A stretch of DNA of 53,545 bases. Source: Chromera velia (taxonomy: Eukaryota). The stretch covers positions 1 to 53,545 of the forward strand of contig JAHBMJ010000226.1 of NCBI GenBank assembly GCA_018398765.1. The letters are read 5' to 3'. Made by a program: the position numbers and the translations under genes. How positions within the stretch are numbered: the first letter of the stretch is position 1; every line of letters starts with the position of its first letter. The notes beneath the pieces were generated by a model, which searched no databases, was not told the DNA's origin, and saw nothing but the letters and a program-made list of their open reading frames with translations. Shown here in pieces: positions 49,449 to 53,545 of this stretch.

Positions 49449-50871
49449 GTCCAAGCACGAGATGCCGTGACGATAAGGTCAACGCACAAGTTCCAGATCT
49501 TTCCTGTCTGCCTCACCAGAGAGAGAGAGAGAGTTGATGCCGGCATGCGGCCCCCCTTTCCTTTCCACTACGCGACAACGACACATGCATGTCGCCAGGC
49601 AACATTCTTGAGACGCCCCTCTTCCTCTCTGTCGCTCAGTCCTGCCGCGGCTTTTCGCAGCGCCTCTCTTCTTTGACGCCTGCAGGCTCTCTCTCTCTGT
49701 CTGAGTTGAGTTCAGTTGATCATCGTGGAACAGAGGAAGGAAGGAAGGAAGGAAGGAAGGAAAAGCTTTGCTGGATGGGATAGAACGAGGACAAGACAGG
49801 ATCTCGAAGCCAGGCCGCGAGGAGGGAAGGGGAAAGAATATGGACTGACAGAGAGAAGAGAGAAGAGATTGTTGGAGCATCTGGGGAGTAACGGACTTCG
49901 AAACAAATATCAGACGGAGAGGGGGACTGTAGAAAAGGACGGTAACAATGATACAGCAGGCTGATCCACTTTTCTTCAAATTCCTTTTCACCTGATACTG
50001 CTTGCATCGCACGAAAGCAGGCAGCCCTGCGAGAAACGAAATCTTCAGCCGAAGAAATGGAGGCCGATTCCTAGTCAGTCAAATACACCCATTCCCAGTT
50101 AGTCAAATACATCAGTTTCCCCTCTTCCCTTCATTGCCTTCCCCCTTCCCTCTCATATCCTTCCCCCTGGTTTCTTTCAAAAAACACTCCTTCTTCGGCT
50201 CTGACAGGCCAGTGAGGAAGCCGACCGATTATGTATTCTCACTTCTGTGTCTGTCAGTCTTTATTTCCCCTTGAAGCCATTAATTCCCTCAGGTTGCACA
50301 TCCATCCATCGAAATACAGAAAAAAGCGCTCAAGTGACCTCCGGTCGACTTCACGCCAAAACATCTTTCTGTCTGTCTGTCTTTCTGTCTGTCTGTATTT
50401 TCTTCCCTCCAGACAGATCACGAGTACTTCCCCCATTTTTCTTCACGAGCGTATTCACATGCGAGTGTAGAGAATTCGCGAATTTCACTTCGAAATCACC
50501 CAAATCACTGCAGCCTTCATTTTCACTTTCTGTAAGCACGCACTCAGGAAAATTTCGTTCATTCCCCCCCCGCCCTGCAGGACCTGCCTGCCTTCCTGTC
50601 TCTCGAATTGAATTCAGTGGATCCCGCCCATTCCCTTTCCCACCCCTCAAGGAGACCCATGCGCCTTCAAGCTTCCGATCGATATCAGACAAATTGGTTG
50701 ACGCCTCTCTCTCTCTCGGCTCGCTTAGACAACTTGACGCATGCAGAGAAGAGAAGAGAAGAGCCAACACTCCCCGGACTGCTAAGCATGCAATAGCAAC
50801 AGCATCAACGGACACGAAACAACAAAAGGATAGTCAGAGGCACGTACGATAAGATCAAACCGACGTACGTA

Positions 50872-52636
50872 TTACCCAAAACCACACTTTGTGGGCGGAG
50901 GTACAGAGGCGGTTGTGGGTTCCGATGTGCCCTCCTCTTCCTCAGGAGGTGGGGGGGCCGGGAGTACCCAGAATGTTTTCAGTTTTCCCTTTCCCTTTGC
51001 TTCGACTGGATTGGGTCTCTCGAGGAAGTGCGCGTTCAGATCCGAGTCCTGTCTTACAGCCACCTCCCGAAAGGACTCCGACACATGAATGTGCCCAGGC
51101 TCTCCCGTCTGCTCCATGCGGGCTGCTGTGTTGACGGTATCCCCGAAGAAGCAGAACCGAGGGCATTTCAGTCCAACAACCCCCGTGTAGGCGGGGCCAG
51201 AATTCAATCCGATTCGAACTCTGAGAGTGGCCCCTGTGGGCATCTTGATCGTCCTCGCGGTACGGCGTACGAGGCGGGCAAATTTGAGCAGCCGTTTGGC
51301 GTGATCGGTCTGTCCCTCCAGATGTCCACAGGCAGCCATGTAGGCATCTCCTATCGTCTCCACCTGCAGAGTTAAAGTCAGTAGAAAAAGGGGAGCAGCA
51401 GGTAGAATTACGAAGCAGACGACCGAATGAGAGAGCCGCTGAGCACTTGTAGTCCGAAGAAACCCGAATTAGCAAGAGAGAGATGAAATGCTTCTCTCTG
51501 AGGCCAGCCAGAGTCCCAGCTAGACACAGAACGACGTTTGCAGACACAGACGGAAGTGTGCGGCCATTCCGGACCTGAACTCAAAAAGAAAAAGAGGAGG
51601 GGAGAGTCGGAAAAAGAGAAACAAAGAGAGACGGGGAGGGGAGGGGAGGGGAGGGGAGAAAGACTTATGGAAAAGACCGATCGACCGACTGATTGACCAA
51701 CTGACTGACCTTGAAGACTTGACAGTGGTCAGAGAGGACATCCATTGTACAGAAGAGTTTGTTCAGGAACACCACCACTTCCCGGGTCGGGACAGAGGCC
51801 GACATGAGCGTAAACCCGCAGACGTCCGAAAAAAAAAGAGACACCTGTAGTGTAGTCGCACACACAGGAAGACAGAAAAGGGTGTGCAGAGGAGAAGAAC
51901 ACAAGCTCAGAGGTGGAAGGACAGATTTCCGAAACAAACCATTCGGAATCCGGTACAAACCGTCAAGCCGCCGTTCAAGCAGACAAGTCGGGTTTTGCCC
52001 CCCCGCTGTGAAATGACAAATTGACGGTTAGAAGAATATTGAACAAAAACAGTCACGATCTATGACCCCTCACAGATGCAGAGAGAGCCAAGCAAAGCCG
52101 GTGAGGTCATTTAATTCAAATGTTAATAAGTGCGACTGCATGATCGCATCTCTCTGTCCCATGCACATTCGAATGCACCTGCCTACCTCCGGGTGGCTCT
52201 CTGCGATTTGTGCTTCTCCCATCTGGAGCCTGTGTGCGACTTGCTCAGGCAGGATCGACGATAACAGCTGCCCCTGACGAGTAGCCTCTGCCAGCAGTTT
52301 CACCTGCATGCATGTATGCGTGCAGTTGCATTTCAATGCAAGGTCACTGAATGCATCGGCAAATATCCTTGCGGGAAGAGAAGAGAGGGAAAAAGGGGGC
52401 GAAAAACGAGGGTGTGCATGAGGACAAGCAGCCCCGCAGACACGCTCGATGACATGAAAACAGACGAAGGCATTGCAAAAAAATGCAGGAAGGCTCAGCA
52501 GAGAGATCCGGAGAAAACAAGAGAAGGGAGATCAGGTGGACGCAAACCGACAGGATCTGTGAGTAGAAAGAAAACAAGAGGAAGAAAAACAAAGCAAGAA
52601 AGACGCACAGGTGGAAAAAATGCACAAACAGACAAA

Positions 52637-52674
<38 letters not shown>

Positions 52675-53438
52675 GAGATACTTCCTTCCTTCCAGCTTGG
52701 AAGGTCGGGGGCGGCAGAAGTTTCTTCATTTGGCACGTCCGGCCGGTCGTGTGCCTGCCTGTCCATCCTTCGCATACTCACCAAAAGTTCCCTTTGTGCT
52801 GCGATGGCCTTGGCTCTTTCGAACAGAATTACGGGTTGAAAAGGCCGCCGCTGAACTTCAGAGACCCCGACGTCGAATGCTTTTTTGACGTCCATACTGC
52901 CTTCCAGAAAGCAGACGAGAACCTTCAGAAATTCATTCGGGAGGAACTGTCGGACCTTCTCCGTCGCCTCCACTGCACCGAGGTCGTCGTTCTCCTGATT
53001 GAACACCACCTGCAGCATGCATGCATTGATGGATGGATGGATTCCAGGGAAGGTCGCCGGATCAGTTCATCAACCTTATGCATGCGCATGTGCAGAAAGA
53101 ACAGTGAATGGATGCAGACGGAAGAGTCAGAAGACAAAGGGAGAGGACACAAATAAAAAGGCCGGTCAGAGGAACAGCGTGAGAGAAAAAGAAGAGACAC
53201 AAGGGTGACAACGCGGCAGTTTCGACAAGTCCGCCCCCATCCGGCAATCGATGACTGCGATGTGCATTGCAGGCCCTCCAACAGAGAGAAAAGCAGAAAC
53301 ACATGCATGGAAAGACTCACAAACCGACACACAGGCAGACAAGATGCTCACGGTACAGGCAAGCACACAGGCACACAGGCGGCCCTGTGGGAGGTAAAGA
53401 AACGGCACAGAACGGCATTCGCAGATTCACGTTGCACG

Positions 53439-53481
<43 letters not shown>

Positions 53482-53485
53482 CGCA

Positions 53486-53545
<60 letters not shown>
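50872..53545 (-). CDS. Class III nucleotidyl cyclase with guanylyl-type specificity residues, preceded by a receiver-like domain; 5' end outside window
   Basis: Exons 52782-53009, 52187-52303, 51710-51844, 50872-51363 are in frame. Motifs: LLSSILP..VAHRL, VSLFFSDVCGFT, FKVETIGDAYM, RIGLNSG, PRFCFFGDTVNTAARME, KGKG. Glu in KVE and Cys in RFC are the GTP-selecting pair in class III cyclases. Confidence 0.9.
53440..53545 (+). repeat. (AC)n microsatellite in an intron of the cyclase gene; one of many (AC)n, (AG)n, (CAGT)n, (CTGT)n and (CATT)n tracts
   Basis: Read directly. Similar tracts at e.g. 4548-4740, 7899-8036, 23230-23290, 49385-49447. Confidence 0.95.

Noticed and set aside
48600..50870. 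Possible extra gene or further 3' exons of the cyclase (intron-like microsatellites; the stop overlaps a potential GTAATA donor)
   Set aside because: No exon chain with a recognisable protein could be built; left unannotated pending RNA-seq.

Overview
Eukaryotic, intron-rich genomic DNA with GC-rich exons, microsatellite-filled introns, frequent GTCAGT donors and abundant TGCATGCA motifs. These traits plus a bipartite plastid-targeting leader suggest a chromerid alveolate such as Chromera velia (inference). Eight protein-coding genes were rebuilt by hand from GT-AG junctions: (1) a secreted LamG-like, Cys-repeat, multi-sushi protein (-, runs off the left edge); (2) a Gly2-myristoylation-type coiled-coil protein (+); (3) an ankyrin-repeat protein (+); (4) a claudin-like four-TM domain fused to a calpain with an intact triad (-); (5) a type I membrane GT25-like protein (+); (6) a six-blade Kelch propeller spliced in frame to a Rab1-like GTPase (-); (7) a plastid-targeted protein with a fibrillin/PAP-like C-terminus (+); (8) a pseudo-receiver plus guanylyl cyclase (-, runs off the right edge). 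Six of the genes form three head-to-head pairs. AT-rich blocks downstream of the gene ends hold a MITE, a second candidate MITE, an RTE-like LINE 3' fragment and a decayed non-LTR retrotransposon. The most notable candidates are the tetraspan-calpain and Kelch-Rab fusions. All gene models are manual and unverified by transcripts or database searches.
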